Below, piece after piece: positions 39,810 through 49,229 of a stretch of 64,000 nucleotides of DNA. Origin of the DNA: a candidate division TA06 bacterium 32_111 (GTDB taxonomy: Bacteria > Hydrothermota > 32-111); assembly GCA_001508335.1 (NCBI GenBank), contig LGFX01000004.1:75654-139653 (forward strand), given 5' to 3'. A program made the position numbers and the translations under genes. The notes under the pieces were generated by a model, which searched no databases, had not been told where the DNA came from, and was given only the letters and a program-made list of their open reading frames with translations. Positions within the stretch are counted from its first letter, which is position 1. Every line of letters starts with the position of its first letter.

Positions 39810-41696
39810 CTATTCTCCAAGTATTAAAAACTCGATTCTTCTATTTTTTGCCCTTCCTTCTCTAGTTGCATTGTCTGCTATCGGCATAAGTTCACCAAAC
39901 CCTTTAGCAACTATTCTTGAAGGATCTATACCTTTTAAAATAAGATAATTTCTAACAGCTTCAGCTCTTGCCTGTGAGAGAAGAAGGTTTGATCTCTCAC
40001 TTCCAACGGAATCTGTATGACCTTGAACCTCTATTCTAACTTTTGGATTATCTTTTAAAAGTTTTACAGCCTCATCGAGAATAGGATACGATTCTGGAAG
40101 TATCGTGGCTTTACCTGATTCAAAATTGATTCCCCTCAATGTTATCTTTCCACCTTTCTTCAACATCTCTATATTCAGAATCAAAGTTTTATCAGCCTCT
40201 ATAACAACAGGTTGGACGTAGGTTACATACCCATCAAGAGTGGCAGCAAGAGTGTATGTTCCAGGGTTCAAACTTATCCTGTAAACACCTGTCTGTGGAT
40301 CCGGAGTAAATGTTGGGATATCTGTTTGAGGGAAAGATAACTTTGCCTGAATATTTTCTCCAGTTGATTTGTCTTTTACCCAACCAGTGATTATTCCCTG
40401 TGCTACAACCTTTTTATTCAAAGCGAAATCAACTATCTTTGTCTGTCCTTTTTCTATAATTATACCTTTCTCCTGCCATCTGTATCCTTCCCTTTCAACT
40501 TTTAGCCTTATACTTCCAGGTTTCACCTCTATAGAGTATAAACCAGTAGAATCGGTTACTATCTGCAAAGTTTCAGAATAACCGGGAAGTGTAATTATCG
40601 CTGATAAGGGTTTACCGCTCTCACCATCAATTATCTTTCCTGTTATTAAAGTTTTTGGTTCTTCTTTCTTTACAACTTCCTGCTTAAAATCATAATAGTA
40701 AGTTAAACCAAAAAATACTTTCCAATCTGGAGTACCTTCCCAACCATCGTTTATGAAGAGAATGTCGGAACTCGTATTGAGGGTAGGTTCAAGATCTGGA
40801 ACAAATTTTGATATTCTGTAATCTGCAGCAAGATCTATAACAAGCCCTATAGGTGTATCGAACCTAACTCCACCTGTTACATTATGAATCAACCTTCCGT
40901 CATTCACTTGGTCAAACATATATTTTGTTCCATAAACTTCGAAGAATGGGATGAAGGACCCGAACCTTATAGAGAATGATCCGGAGTAATCGAACATAAC
41001 AGGATTTGAAATTGATGATGGAAGGTTATTAAATTTAGTATACCCACCATTTAAGTTTATTGCTAATGGAACCTGAGTTGATGTGACGAAAGATATGAGT
41101 AGTTTAACTCCAAAATCCTGGCCGTTAGTTGTAAAATGTCTAAAAATTCCCCCATGGTTTTTAACATAATCTATTGAGAAGGATGAAGTGTTGTCCTTCA
41201 ATGTATCGAAAATATCACCTGTTGCTAACCTGTAAAAACCATAGATCCCAAAATCTGCATTTTTAGTTGCGCCAAAAATTCCACCTGTTGTTAACTTCAA
41301 TCCTATCTCAGTGTCTCCAAAACCATAACTTGCATAATTCGTGTTCGCATCAACTCTACCAGAGGATTCAGGTGTGTCTATAGCGTCTACATTTATGTTT
41401 GAGTATATGTTAACTTCAAGCCAGTTCGTGAAAGAATATCCTAAACCATACATTAGTGTAGCAAAAGCATAGGTGTCAAAACTGTAATGGGTATCTCCAT
41501 CTATGGTCGAAATGTAAGGTATCTGAAAATCCCTTGATGAGCCATAGAAATGGAAACCTAAATTCAATCTCTGTTCTTTAAGTATTGCATCAAGGGAATG
41601 GATATAACCTGAACTTATCTGTGTCGAAGGTGCTGAAAAAATAGATATTGCCAAAATTGAAAGTAGAAAAATAAAAAAAGATTTTTTTAAATTCAT
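39810..41696 (-). CDS. OmpA-family outer-membrane protein with CarboxypepD_reg-like beta-sandwich repeats and a C-terminal OmpA peptidoglycan-binding domain
   Basis: Signal peptide. Two GKIIDGESGKPL / GWVKDKSTGENI carboxypeptidase-regulatory-like repeats. C-terminal OmpA_C motifs (...VQGHTDSVGSERSNLLLSQARAEAVRNYL...). Confidence 0.7.
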   Translation of the reverse strand: MNLKKSFFIFLLSILAISIFSAPSTQISSGYIHSLDAILKEQRLNLGFHFYGSSRDFQIPYISTIDGDTHYSFDTYAFATLMYGLGYSFTNWLEVNIYSNINVDAIDTPESSGRVDANTNYASYGFGDTEIGLKLTTGGIFGATKNADFGIYGFYRLATGDIFDTLKDNTSSFSIDYVKNHGGIFRHFTTNGQDFGVKLLISFVTSTQVPLAINLNGGYTKFNNLPSSISNPVMFDYSGSFSIRFGSFIPFFEVYGTKYMFDQVNDGRLIHNVTGGVRFDTPIGLVIDLAADYRISKFVPDLEPTLNTSSDILFINDGWEGTPDWKVFFGLTYYYDFKQEVVKKEEPKTLITGKIIDGESGKPLSAIITLPGYSETLQIVTDSTGLYSIEVKPGSIRLKVEREGYRWQEKGIIIEKGQTKIVDFALNKKVVAQGIITGWVKDKSTGENIQAKLSFPQTDIPTFTPDPQTGVYRISLNPGTYTLAATLDGYVTYVQPVVIEADKTLILNIEMLKKGGKITLRGINFESGKATILPESYPILDEAVKLLKDNPKVRIEVQGHTDSVGSERSNLLLSQARAEAVRNYLILKGIDPSRIVAKGFGELMPIADNATREGRAKNRRIEFLILGE

Positions 41697-41752
41697 AACT
41701 CCTCCTTACAGATAAAAATATAGTAAAATAATGCGTTAATGTCAACAAAAAA

Positions 41753-42541
41753 TTATAACTCTTTTATCATCCTATCAACAAAATCTTTAAAGGTGTTCGT
41801 TATAGGAGAGTCTTTTTTTAACTCAACGTAAGGTTTCCCCGAATCTGAAAGTTCAACAAAATCTTTTTCAATAGGTATTCTAACAAGGTTTTCTATACCA
41901 TACCTTTTGGAAAGTTTTTCACCACCACCTTCACCGAATATGTTATGTTGAGTTTTACATACGGGACAGATAAAGTATGACATATTTTCAACAATTCCAA
42001 CTACCTGTCCACCTACCATCTTTACAAAATTTATTGACCTTGCTACATCAGATGTTGAAACATCCTGTGGAGTTGTAACAATAACAACACCGTTCACACC
42101 CTCTATCTGTTGTAAAACAGTTAAAGGTTCATCACCTGTTCCAGGAGGTGAATCAATTATTAAAAAATCGAGTTCTCCCCAATTCACATCCTCAAAAAAC
42201 TGTTGTATAGCCTTTATCTTTAAAGGTCCCCTCCAAATTATCGGTGAATCAGATCTTTCTACAAGCATGGACAGAGATATAGTTTTTACACCACCTTCAG
42301 TTAAAACAGGTTTCATAAGGTTGTTTTCATCAACTTCAACCCTTCTATTCTCAACTCCAACCATCTTTGAAATGGAAGGACCATGAAGATCTATGTCCAA
42401 AAGTCCAACCTTGTAACCTGAATTTTTCAAGGTGTAAGCAAGGTTTACAGATATAGTGCTTTTACCAACTCCTCCTTTACCACTTAAAACAAGTATCTTG
42501 TTTTTTATTCTGTTAAACTGGTTCTTTTTTTTCTCATCCAT
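41753..42541 (-). CDS. Mrp/NBP35-family Fe-S cluster carrier ATPase (ApbC)
   Basis: Deviant Walker A GKGGVGKST. CxxC pair (FICPVCK) for the bridging cluster. 262 aa. Confidence 0.85.
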   Translation of the reverse strand: MDEKKKNQFNRIKNKILVLSGKGGVGKSTISVNLAYTLKNSGYKVGLLDIDLHGPSISKMVGVENRRVEVDENNLMKPVLTEGGVKTISLSMLVERSDSPIIWRGPLKIKAIQQFFEDVNWGELDFLIIDSPPGTGDEPLTVLQQIEGVNGVVIVTTPQDVSTSDVARSINFVKMVGGQVVGIVENMSYFICPVCKTQHNIFGEGGGEKLSKRYGIENLVRIPIEKDFVELSDSGKPYVELKKDSPITNTFKDFVDRMIKEL

Positions 42542-42601
42542 TTTTTCTCCTTATGTTTTAAACTTAATATAGTTAAATTTGAGAAAAAAACAATAGAAAG
42601 C

Positions 42602-42629
42602 TTGATAATGTGACTTTTTTTGTTATAAT
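42602..42629 (+). promoter_or_regulatory. Candidate sigma70 promoter for the dfx-rbr gene
   Basis: TTGATA (42602-42607), a 16-nt spacer, TATAAT (42624-42629). A strong SD gaggaggag precedes the ATG at 42650. Confidence 0.45.
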
Positions 42630-42649
42630 AAAAAAAAAGAGGAGGAGAG

Positions 42650-43513
42650 ATGAACATAAAAAAAGATATTTTGAAATGTACCAATTGTAAAAATGTTGTT
42701 GAGATTTTAAGGAAAGGTGATGGTGAACTTTTCTGTTGTGGTAAACCTATGGTAAAAGAGGAATCTAAAAATAATGATAATGGTGTTGAAAAACATCTTC
42801 CTGTTATAAAAGAAAAAGAGACCTATTTTGAAATAGCTGTCGGAGAAGTAGAACATCCAATGACTTCAGAACACCATATCGAATGGGTTGAGGTAAATAC
42901 GGATAAAGAGAGTATAAAAAAATTTTTTAATGTTAACGAAAAACCTGTTTTTAATATTCCAAAAAATCACAAAGTAAAAAATGTAAGGGCTTATTGTAAC
43001 ATACATGGTTTATGGAGAAGGATGAACATAGATGAGATAAACAGGGAGGATCTTATTCTTTTAGCCTTAAAAAATGAGATAGATTCTATGAATGTCTATA
43101 TAAACCTCTCCCAAAGGGTTAAAAATTATTTTTTGAAAGATAGGTTGAATTTCCTTGCAGGTGAAGAGGAAAAACATAAAAAATATTTTGAAGAGTTTTA
43201 TAAAAAAACTTACCTTAAAGAAATTGTTATACCTGTTGAAGATGTTATGCCCCTACCAAAGGTTGATATATCTGATCCCCAAAAACCTATAAGTGACATA
43301 CTCTATGAGGCTATGCAGAGTGAAATAGCAGCTCATGAATTTTATCTTGATCTTTCAAGAGTTTTTAAAGATGATCAGAAAACCTCAAATATGTTGAAAT
43401 TTTTCTCCTCTATGGAGATGATACATTATTCCATTCTTCAGATTGAAAGGGAGAACGCTTTAAAATTTGAAGATTATGGTAACGAGATCCCTATGATACA
43501 TGTTGGTCCATAA
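42650..43513 (+). CDS. Desulfoferrodoxin (2Fe superoxide reductase) fused to a C-terminal rubrerythrin/erythrin-like diiron four-helix-bundle domain
   Basis: Dx domain CTNC...CCG. SOR centre II ligands EKHLPVI, VEHPM, EHHIEW, CNIHG. The C-terminal ~155 aa carry two E...ExxH pairs (NEIDS / EEKH; SEIAAHE / EMIH). Confidence 0.8.
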   Translation: MNIKKDILKCTNCKNVVEILRKGDGELFCCGKPMVKEESKNNDNGVEKHLPVIKEKETYFEIAVGEVEHPMTSEHHIEWVEVNTDKESIKKFFNVNEKPVFNIPKNHKVKNVRAYCNIHGLWRRMNIDEINREDLILLALKNEIDSMNVYINLSQRVKNYFLKDRLNFLAGEEEKHKKYFEEFYKKTYLKEIVIPVEDVMPLPKVDISDPQKPISDILYEAMQSEIAAHEFYLDLSRVFKDDQKTSNMLKFFSSMEMIHYSILQIERENALKFEDYGNEIPMIHVGP

Positions 43514-44747
43514 GGGCAAGTTTTTTTATTCTTTTTGTTAGGGTTGGATGTGAATAGTAAAAGAATTCATAGAATGGATCAACATTGATATTTGATAGTT
43601 CTGAAGAAGCGAATTTTTTCAGAGCTTTTATCAAAGGTGAACCATTTCCCAATAAATTTCTTGAAAAAGAATCTGCTGAGTATTCGAATCCTCTTGATAT
43701 AGAGTTTAGAAGTGGATTGAAAAAATATAAAATGATTTCAGAAAATAAGATAGAGATTAAAAATATTCCAGTAAAAGAGTTTGTTGGAATGTTGAAAATA
43801 TTGTATATATAGTTGTTTGAAAGTAAAGCAAAGGAAGACAGAATGAAAAGAGTTACTGAAAACATGTTAAATATTAGAAGTTTTTGAATGTGTTTCAGTT
43901 TCCCATGTCCTATTTCATGTCCAATAACTCCCAATATCTCATCCTCTGAGAAATTGTTTAGAAGGTTATCATATAGAATCACTCTTTTTTTGTTACCTAT
44001 TCCTGTGAACATTGCGTTGGAATGTGTTGATTTTTCACTCTCTTTAATAACATAAACCCCAAAGAATCTGTAACCTGATCTTTCAATAATCTCTTTAATT
44101 TTCAAAAATAGTTCATCATTTTTTAATTTTTCAGTTTTGTACATGAAAGGTATAAGAACTGTTGGAAAAATGTAGATAAAAATTATCAAAAGTATTATGA
44201 AAATCGAACTCACTATTGTAACTTTAATTAGAGAAAAGTAAAAAATATTTCCAACTATTCCGATAAGAACCAGGATGAAAATGGATGTGAGTACCAAGTT
44301 TAATAACAACTCTTTCAATTTATCTTTCACCCATCCTTTAAAATTGTATTTCAAAAAGCCATATTTTTTCTCTATTTTAAAATGGAAGTAAAAATCGAAG
44401 GGAAGGTTGAAAATTGTTGATAAGATTATAAGGGATGTAAAAAAAAGTAAAGATTTTATCAAATAGTATGTATTCAAACTTTCAAAAAAATTTGAAAATA
44501 TTCCAAAGAGAGGTGAAAAAATGAATATAAGTAGTAAAGTTTTTGAAAATATTAAAGAAATATTGGAGAAGTTCAACTTTTCAATGTTGTAGTTGTTTGA
44601 AAGTTCAAATTTCTTTTCATCCAAAACATCCCTATATATATCAGGTAAATTTTTAGAGTTCTTTTTAATGTAATTTTTCTCTTTTAGATTTAGAAAGATA
44701 ACAAATAAATTTTTTGCTAAAATTACAACTAAGATAAAAAATTTCAT
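43491..44747 (-). CDS. M48-family zinc metallopeptidase (Ste24/HtpX-like), polytopic membrane protein
   Basis: Multiple TM helices. HExxH in ILGVIGHEIGHGKLKH with downstream Glu. SD aaaggag before the ATG at 44747. Confidence 0.8.
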   Translation of the reverse strand: MKFFILVVILAKNLFVIFLNLKEKNYIKKNSKNLPDIYRDVLDEKKFELSNNYNIEKLNFSNISLIFSKTLLLIFIFSPLFGIFSNFFESLNTYYLIKSLLFFTSLIILSTIFNLPFDFYFHFKIEKKYGFLKYNFKGWVKDKLKELLLNLVLTSIFILVLIGIVGNIFYFSLIKVTIVSSIFIILLIIFIYIFPTVLIPFMYKTEKLKNDELFLKIKEIIERSGYRFFGVYVIKESEKSTHSNAMFTGIGNKKRVILYDNLLNNFSEDEILGVIGHEIGHGKLKHIQKLLIFNMFSVTLFILSSFALLSNNYIYNIFNIPTNSFTGIFLISILFSEIILYFFNPLLNSISRGFEYSADSFSRNLLGNGSPLIKALKKFASSELSNINVDPFYEFFYYSHPTLTKRIKKLALMDQHVS

Positions 44748-44828
44748 AACAAACTCCTTTAGAATTATTTTGTTATAGAAGAGATAAAGAAAGTTAGAAC
44801 TACTGTTGGTGTTTTTGATGTTTCACAT

Positions 44829-45764
44829 ATGGGAGAGATAATAGTAAAAGGAAAAAGAAGAAAAGAGTTCGTTGATTTTATTACAACAAATTCGGTTCTC
44901 TCCCTTAAGGAGAATCAGGTCCAATATTCAAACATGCTTTATCCAAATGGTGGTATAGTTGATGATCTTTTAGTTTACAATCTTAAAAATGAGATGATGC
45001 TTGTTGTAAACGCATCAAATACTGATAAAGATTTTGAATGGATTATGAAGAACAGATGGGAAGATGTTGAGGTTGAAAATATCTCAGATAGAATAGCACA
45101 ACTTGCTGTTCAGGGACCTGTTGCTGAAAAGGTTATTCAGAAACTTACAGATTATCCTCTTGAAAAGATGGGATTCTACTTCTCTGCTGAAACAAAAGTT
45201 TGTGGTATAGATATGGTTATTTCAAGAACAGGTTACACTGGAGAAGACGGTTTTGAACTTTACTTTTACAAAGAGAATGCTGAAAAGATGTGGAACGAAA
45301 TTTTTGAAGCAGGTAAAGAGTTTGGAATAGAACCTATAGGTCTTGCTGCAAGGGATACTTTGAGGTTGGAGATGAGATATATGCTCTATGGAAACGATAT
45401 AGATCAGAACACAACACCTCTTGAAGCAGGTATAGGTTGGTGTGTAAAACTTGAGAAAGGTAATTTCATAGGAAGAGATGCTTTGATAAGACAAAAAGAG
45501 GAAGGTTTAACAAGGAAACTCGTCTCTTTTGAGATGGTAGAGAAGGGTATTCCAAGACATAATTATAAAATTTTTGTTGATGGAAAAGAGGTTGGTTTTG
45601 TAACCAGTGGAAACTATTCACCATCTATTGATAAATACATTGGACTTGGATATGTTAACCTTCCATTCACAAAGTTGGGTCAGGAAATAGATATAGATAT
45701 AAGAGGGATGAAAAAAGCAGTTATAGTTAAACCACCATTTTATAAAAATGGAACACATAAATAG
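44829..45764 (+). CDS. gcvT: Glycine cleavage system T protein, 5'-truncated. GcvT-like coding continues in-frame upstream to 44763 with no start codon.
   Basis: ...GEIIVKG...YSNMLYPNGGIVDDLLVY... and the C-terminal GcvT barrel. The upstream in-frame peptide VIEEIKKVRTTVGVFDVSHMGEI matches the conserved GcvT N-region. The first ~30 aa are absent. No SD precedes ATG 44829. Confidence 0.8.
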   Translation: MGEIIVKGKRRKEFVDFITTNSVLSLKENQVQYSNMLYPNGGIVDDLLVYNLKNEMMLVVNASNTDKDFEWIMKNRWEDVEVENISDRIAQLAVQGPVAEKVIQKLTDYPLEKMGFYFSAETKVCGIDMVISRTGYTGEDGFELYFYKENAEKMWNEIFEAGKEFGIEPIGLAARDTLRLEMRYMLYGNDIDQNTTPLEAGIGWCVKLEKGNFIGRDALIRQKEEGLTRKLVSFEMVEKGIPRHNYKIFVDGKEVGFVTSGNYSPSIDKYIGLGYVNLPFTKLGQEIDIDIRGMKKAVIVKPPFYKNGTHK

Positions 45765-45772
45765 GAGGATTT

Positions 45773-46162
45773 ATGAAACTTCTCGATAACCTTAAATATA
45801 CTAAAACTCACGAATGGGTAAAAGTTGAGGATGGAATATGTGTTGAAGGTATAACAGACTTTGCGCAATCTGAACTTTCAGATATCGCTTTCGTTGAACT
45901 TCCAGAGGTTGGAAGGAAGGTTAAATCTGGAGATGTGATAGGAACGATTGAGGCTGTTAAAGCGGTTTCAGATCTTATTGCAGCAGTTTCAGGTGAAATA
46001 GTTGAAGTAAACAACACTCTTTCAGATTTACCTGCAAACATAAATGAGGACCCATATGGAAAAGGGTGGATAGTGAAGATAAAACCTGAAAATCTCGATG
46101 AGTTGAAAAATCTTATGGATAGCAAAGAGTACGAAAAACATTGCGAGGAAAGCCATCATTAA
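45773..46162 (+). CDS. gcvH: Glycine cleavage system H protein
   Basis: Lipoyl-lysine motif ...IEAVKAVSDL.... 129 aa. Confidence 0.9.
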   Translation: MKLLDNLKYTKTHEWVKVEDGICVEGITDFAQSELSDIAFVELPEVGRKVKSGDVIGTIEAVKAVSDLIAAVSGEIVEVNNTLSDLPANINEDPYGKGWIVKIKPENLDELKNLMDSKEYEKHCEESHH

Positions 46163-46171
46163 GAGGATATT

Positions 46172-47512
46172 ATGAAAAAATATATACCTTCCAACGAAAA
46201 GAAAAGAGAGGAACTCTTAAATGAGATAGGGGTTAAATCTTTCGAAGAGTTGATAAAACATATCCCAAAAAATCTGAGGAGTGAACTGGTTGAACTTGAT
46301 GAAGGTATAGATGAGTATCAACTTTTGAAAGATGTAAAAAAAATTGCCCAGAAGAATAAAACTACCGAAGATTACATTTCCTTTATGGGATGTGGTATCT
46401 ATGATCATTACATACCGCCACTTATCAAGCACATAGTTTCAAGACCAGAGTTTTATACCGCCTATACACCATATCAACCTGAGGTATCCCAGGGTACATT
46501 GCAGTCAATATATGAGTTCCAATCTATGGTATGCGAACTTTACAAAATGGATGTTGCGAACGCATCTATGTACGATGGGGCAACAGCTACCGCTGAAGCA
46601 TGCCATATGGCTATGTCTTTAAAAGGCAAAGAGAAAGTTTTGCTTTCAAAAGGTCTTAATATAAAAATAGCAGAAGTTATTCACACATATTTGAAAGGTC
46701 AGAATATAGAATGTGATTTTGTTGATCTTAAAGATGGAACATTGGATATAGAACAACTTGAGAAAAAACTTGACGACTCATATGCTGCTTTCGTTTTACA
46801 AACACCAAACTTCTTCGGTTTTGTAGAGGATGGTGAAAGGATAGGCAAAATAGTTAAAGAAAAGGGTGTTATCTTTATAGTTAATCAGAATCCTATGACA
46901 CTTCCAATTTTAAAACCTGCAGGTGATATGGGGGCTGATATAGCAATAGGTGAAGGTCAGGTATTTGGATTGGAGCAGAATTTTGGAGGTCCTCTTTTGG
47001 GAATTTTCGCAAGTAGAAAAGAGTATATTAGAAGTATGCCGGGAAGAATAATAGCAAGGACAAAGGATAAAAATGGAAAAGAATCTTTTGTGATGACACT
47101 CCAAACAAGAGAACAACATATAAAAAGGGAAAAAGCAACATCCAACATATGTACGAATGAGGGACTCTGCATGCTTATGGCAACAGTTTATCTTTCAGCA
47201 CTTGGGAAAAAAGGTCTTAAAAAGGTTAGCACTGATTCATTACTTTCAGCACATTATTTGAAGGAAAAGTTGAAAGAGGTTAAAGGTGTTGAGATCTTAT
47301 ATGATGGAAAAGATTTTTTCAACGAATTTCCTGTAAAGATAAAAGATCTTGATGAAGTTTACAAAAAGATGAAGGATAGAGGATTTCTGATAGGTGTTAA
47401 ACTTGAAAAGTTTTCTAAGGATTATAAGGATATGCTACTAATAGCATCAACCGAAAAGAGAAGTAAAGACGATATAGATCTAATGGTAAAAAATTTAAAA
47501 GAGGTATTATGA
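46172..47512 (+). CDS. gcvPA: Glycine dehydrogenase (decarboxylating) subunit 1
   Basis: N-terminal MKKYIPSNEKKREELLNEIGV. 446 aa. Conserved GcvPA regions. No gcvPB follows. Confidence 0.85.
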   Translation: MKKYIPSNEKKREELLNEIGVKSFEELIKHIPKNLRSELVELDEGIDEYQLLKDVKKIAQKNKTTEDYISFMGCGIYDHYIPPLIKHIVSRPEFYTAYTPYQPEVSQGTLQSIYEFQSMVCELYKMDVANASMYDGATATAEACHMAMSLKGKEKVLLSKGLNIKIAEVIHTYLKGQNIECDFVDLKDGTLDIEQLEKKLDDSYAAFVLQTPNFFGFVEDGERIGKIVKEKGVIFIVNQNPMTLPILKPAGDMGADIAIGEGQVFGLEQNFGGPLLGIFASRKEYIRSMPGRIIARTKDKNGKESFVMTLQTREQHIKREKATSNICTNEGLCMLMATVYLSALGKKGLKKVSTDSLLSAHYLKEKLKEVKGVEILYDGKDFFNEFPVKIKDLDEVYKKMKDRGFLIGVKLEKFSKDYKDMLLIASTEKRSKDDIDLMVKNLKEVL

Positions 47513-47751
47513 TATTCGTTTCAACACTTGAAATAATACCGGGTAACACTGATAAAGCGTTGGAACTTGTTAAAAAAGTTGTTCCACCTGAAGATATAAA
47601 AATTTTGTATTTTTTACAGATGTTTGGAAAACCAGATTTCTATCTGATATTTGAAGCACCTAACGAAGAGAAAGCGATGGATTTTATCCTCGAGTTTTCT
47701 CCATTTCTTGAATCGTCGACACAACTTGGTGTTCCTGTAGAAGAGTTATAA
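47509..47751 (+). CDS. GYD-domain protein
   Basis: 80 aa. ...YLIFEAPNEEKAMDFILEFSPFLESSTQLGVPVEE matches the GYD family C-terminal pattern. Confidence 0.5.
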   Translation: MIFVSTLEIIPGNTDKALELVKKVVPPEDIKILYFLQMFGKPDFYLIFEAPNEEKAMDFILEFSPFLESSTQLGVPVEEL

Positions 47752-47757
47752 CTGTTA

Positions 47758-48273
47758 ATGGAAAAAGGATATATACAGGTTTATACTGGTGATGGGAAAG
47801 GCAAGACAACTGCTGCCTTGGGGCTTGCTCTAAGGGCTTTAGGCAAAGGAAAGAAGGTTGCAATTGTTCAATTTTTAAAAAAGAATGAAAATTATGGAGA
47901 ATACATATTTCTTTCTCCCCAAACAACCTTTCTCCAATTCGGTTTTTCACATTTTATAGATCCCAAAAATATAAAAGAGGAAGAAAAGGAATTTGTTAAC
48001 AAAGGTATCGAAAAAAGTAGGGAGATTATTTTCTCAGGTCTTTACGATATAGTGATTCTTGATGAAATACTTGTAACTGTTCTTTTTAAAATGGTTGATG
48101 ATAAAACTGTGGTTGAAATTATGAAGAATAAACCTAACGATGTTGAACTGATTTTAACAGGAAGAGGTGCTACAAAAAGAATAATAGAAAACGCTGATCT
48201 TGTAACTGAGATGAGAGAGATAAAACACTATTTTAAAAAAGGTGTAAAAGCAAGGGAAGGTATAGAGTTCTAA
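47758..48273 (+). CDS. Cob(I)alamin adenosyltransferase, CobA/CobO/BtuR family
   Basis: GYIQVYTGDGKGKTTAALGLALRA P-loop is typical of CobA-type adenosyltransferase. 171 aa. Confidence 0.8.
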   Translation: MEKGYIQVYTGDGKGKTTAALGLALRALGKGKKVAIVQFLKKNENYGEYIFLSPQTTFLQFGFSHFIDPKNIKEEEKEFVNKGIEKSREIIFSGLYDIVILDEILVTVLFKMVDDKTVVEIMKNKPNDVELILTGRGATKRIIENADLVTEMREIKHYFKKGVKAREGIEF

Positions 48274-49229
48274 TGGATTTTGAAAATTTTTTAAAAAAGT
48301 TAAAAGAAAAGGATAGGGTTACACTTTCAAAAGTTATAACACTTGTTGATAACGAAACGAAGGAAGGTGTAGAGTTTTTAAAAAAGTTTTATAAGGAAAG
48401 AAAAGATAGTTTCAGAATAGGTATAACTGGACCACCTGGTGTTGGGAAATCAACTCTTTTAAACAAACTTATAGAAAGGTTCGCAAAAAAATATGATAGT
48501 GTGAGTGTGGTTGCAGTTGATCCCTCAAGTCCATTCACTGGAGGTGCTATTCTTGGAGATAGATTGAGAATGGAAAACATTTATAAATTCGACAATGTTT
48601 ATATGAGATCCGTTGCATCGAGAGGTTCTTTGGGTGGTTTATCCTCTTCAACGGAAAATATTTTACAGGTTCTTGAAATATTTGGGACAGATGTGATCTT
48701 TGTTGAGACGGTTGGTGTTGGACAATCCGAACTGGATGTTATGGAGATAACAGATCTTGTAATTGTTACTCTTGTTCCAGAATCTGGTGATTCAATACAG
48801 GCTATGAAAGCTGGAATTATGGAGATAGGTGACATTTTTGTGATCAACAAATCCGATAGGGAGGATGCTTACAGAGTTTCAGAATATGTAAAATCAATAC
48901 TTCAGATGAAATATCAGGATAAAGAATTGACTCCACCTGTTATCAATGTTTCTGCAAAAAATGATACCAATATTGATGAACTTGTAAGCCGTATAGAAAA
49001 TTTGAAAGAGATTTTTATTCAAAAAGGAATAATTGAAAGGAAAAGGGAGATTAGAAGAAAAAAGGAGGTAAGGGAAATTTTAAGGGATATGTTTATAAAA
49101 AGTATTGACAGGGAGTTAAAAATTATAGAAAATAAAAACGATAAGGATGTTTCACCTTATGAGATATCCGAAAAGATTTTAAAAAATATAGATTTCAAAA
49201 GTTTGGAGGATATATGGAAAGAAAGATAA
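48273..49229 (+). CDS. meaB: MeaB/ArgK G-protein chaperone for B12-dependent mutases
   Basis: Walker [13 protein letters not shown]. ...[10 protein letters not shown].... NKSD G4 motif (VINKSD). Confidence 0.85.
   Translation: MDFENFLKKLKEKDRVTLSKVITLVDNETKEGVEFLKKFYKERKDSFRIGITGPPGVGKSTLLNKLIERFAKKYDSVSVVAVDPSSPFTGGAILGDRLRMENIYKFDNVYMRSVASRGSLGGLSSSTENILQVLEIFGTDVIFVETVGVGQSELDVMEITDLVIVTLVPESGDSIQAMKAGIMEIGDIFVINKSDREDAYRVSEYVKSILQMKYQDKELTPPVINVSAKNDTNIDELVSRIENLKEIFIQKGIIERKREIRRKKEVREILRDMFIKSIDRELKIIENKNDKDVSPYEISEKILKNIDFKSLEDIWKER

Noticed and set aside
43585-43812. + strand 75-aa ORF inside the M48 peptidase gene
   Set aside because: It lies within the HExxH-containing M48 coding sequence on the opposite strand and has no RBS, so it is taken as an antisense artifact.
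44748-44828. Expected glycine riboswitch upstream of gcvT
   Set aside because: There is no non-coding space here. The 81 nt are in-frame GcvT-like coding plus the M48 gene's SD on the other strand, and I could not recognise the glycine aptamer consensus.
47752-47757. Cobalamin riboswitch ahead of the B12 accessory genes
   Set aside because: The genes are packed with gaps of 10 nt or less and overlaps, so there is no room for a ~200-nt aptamer.
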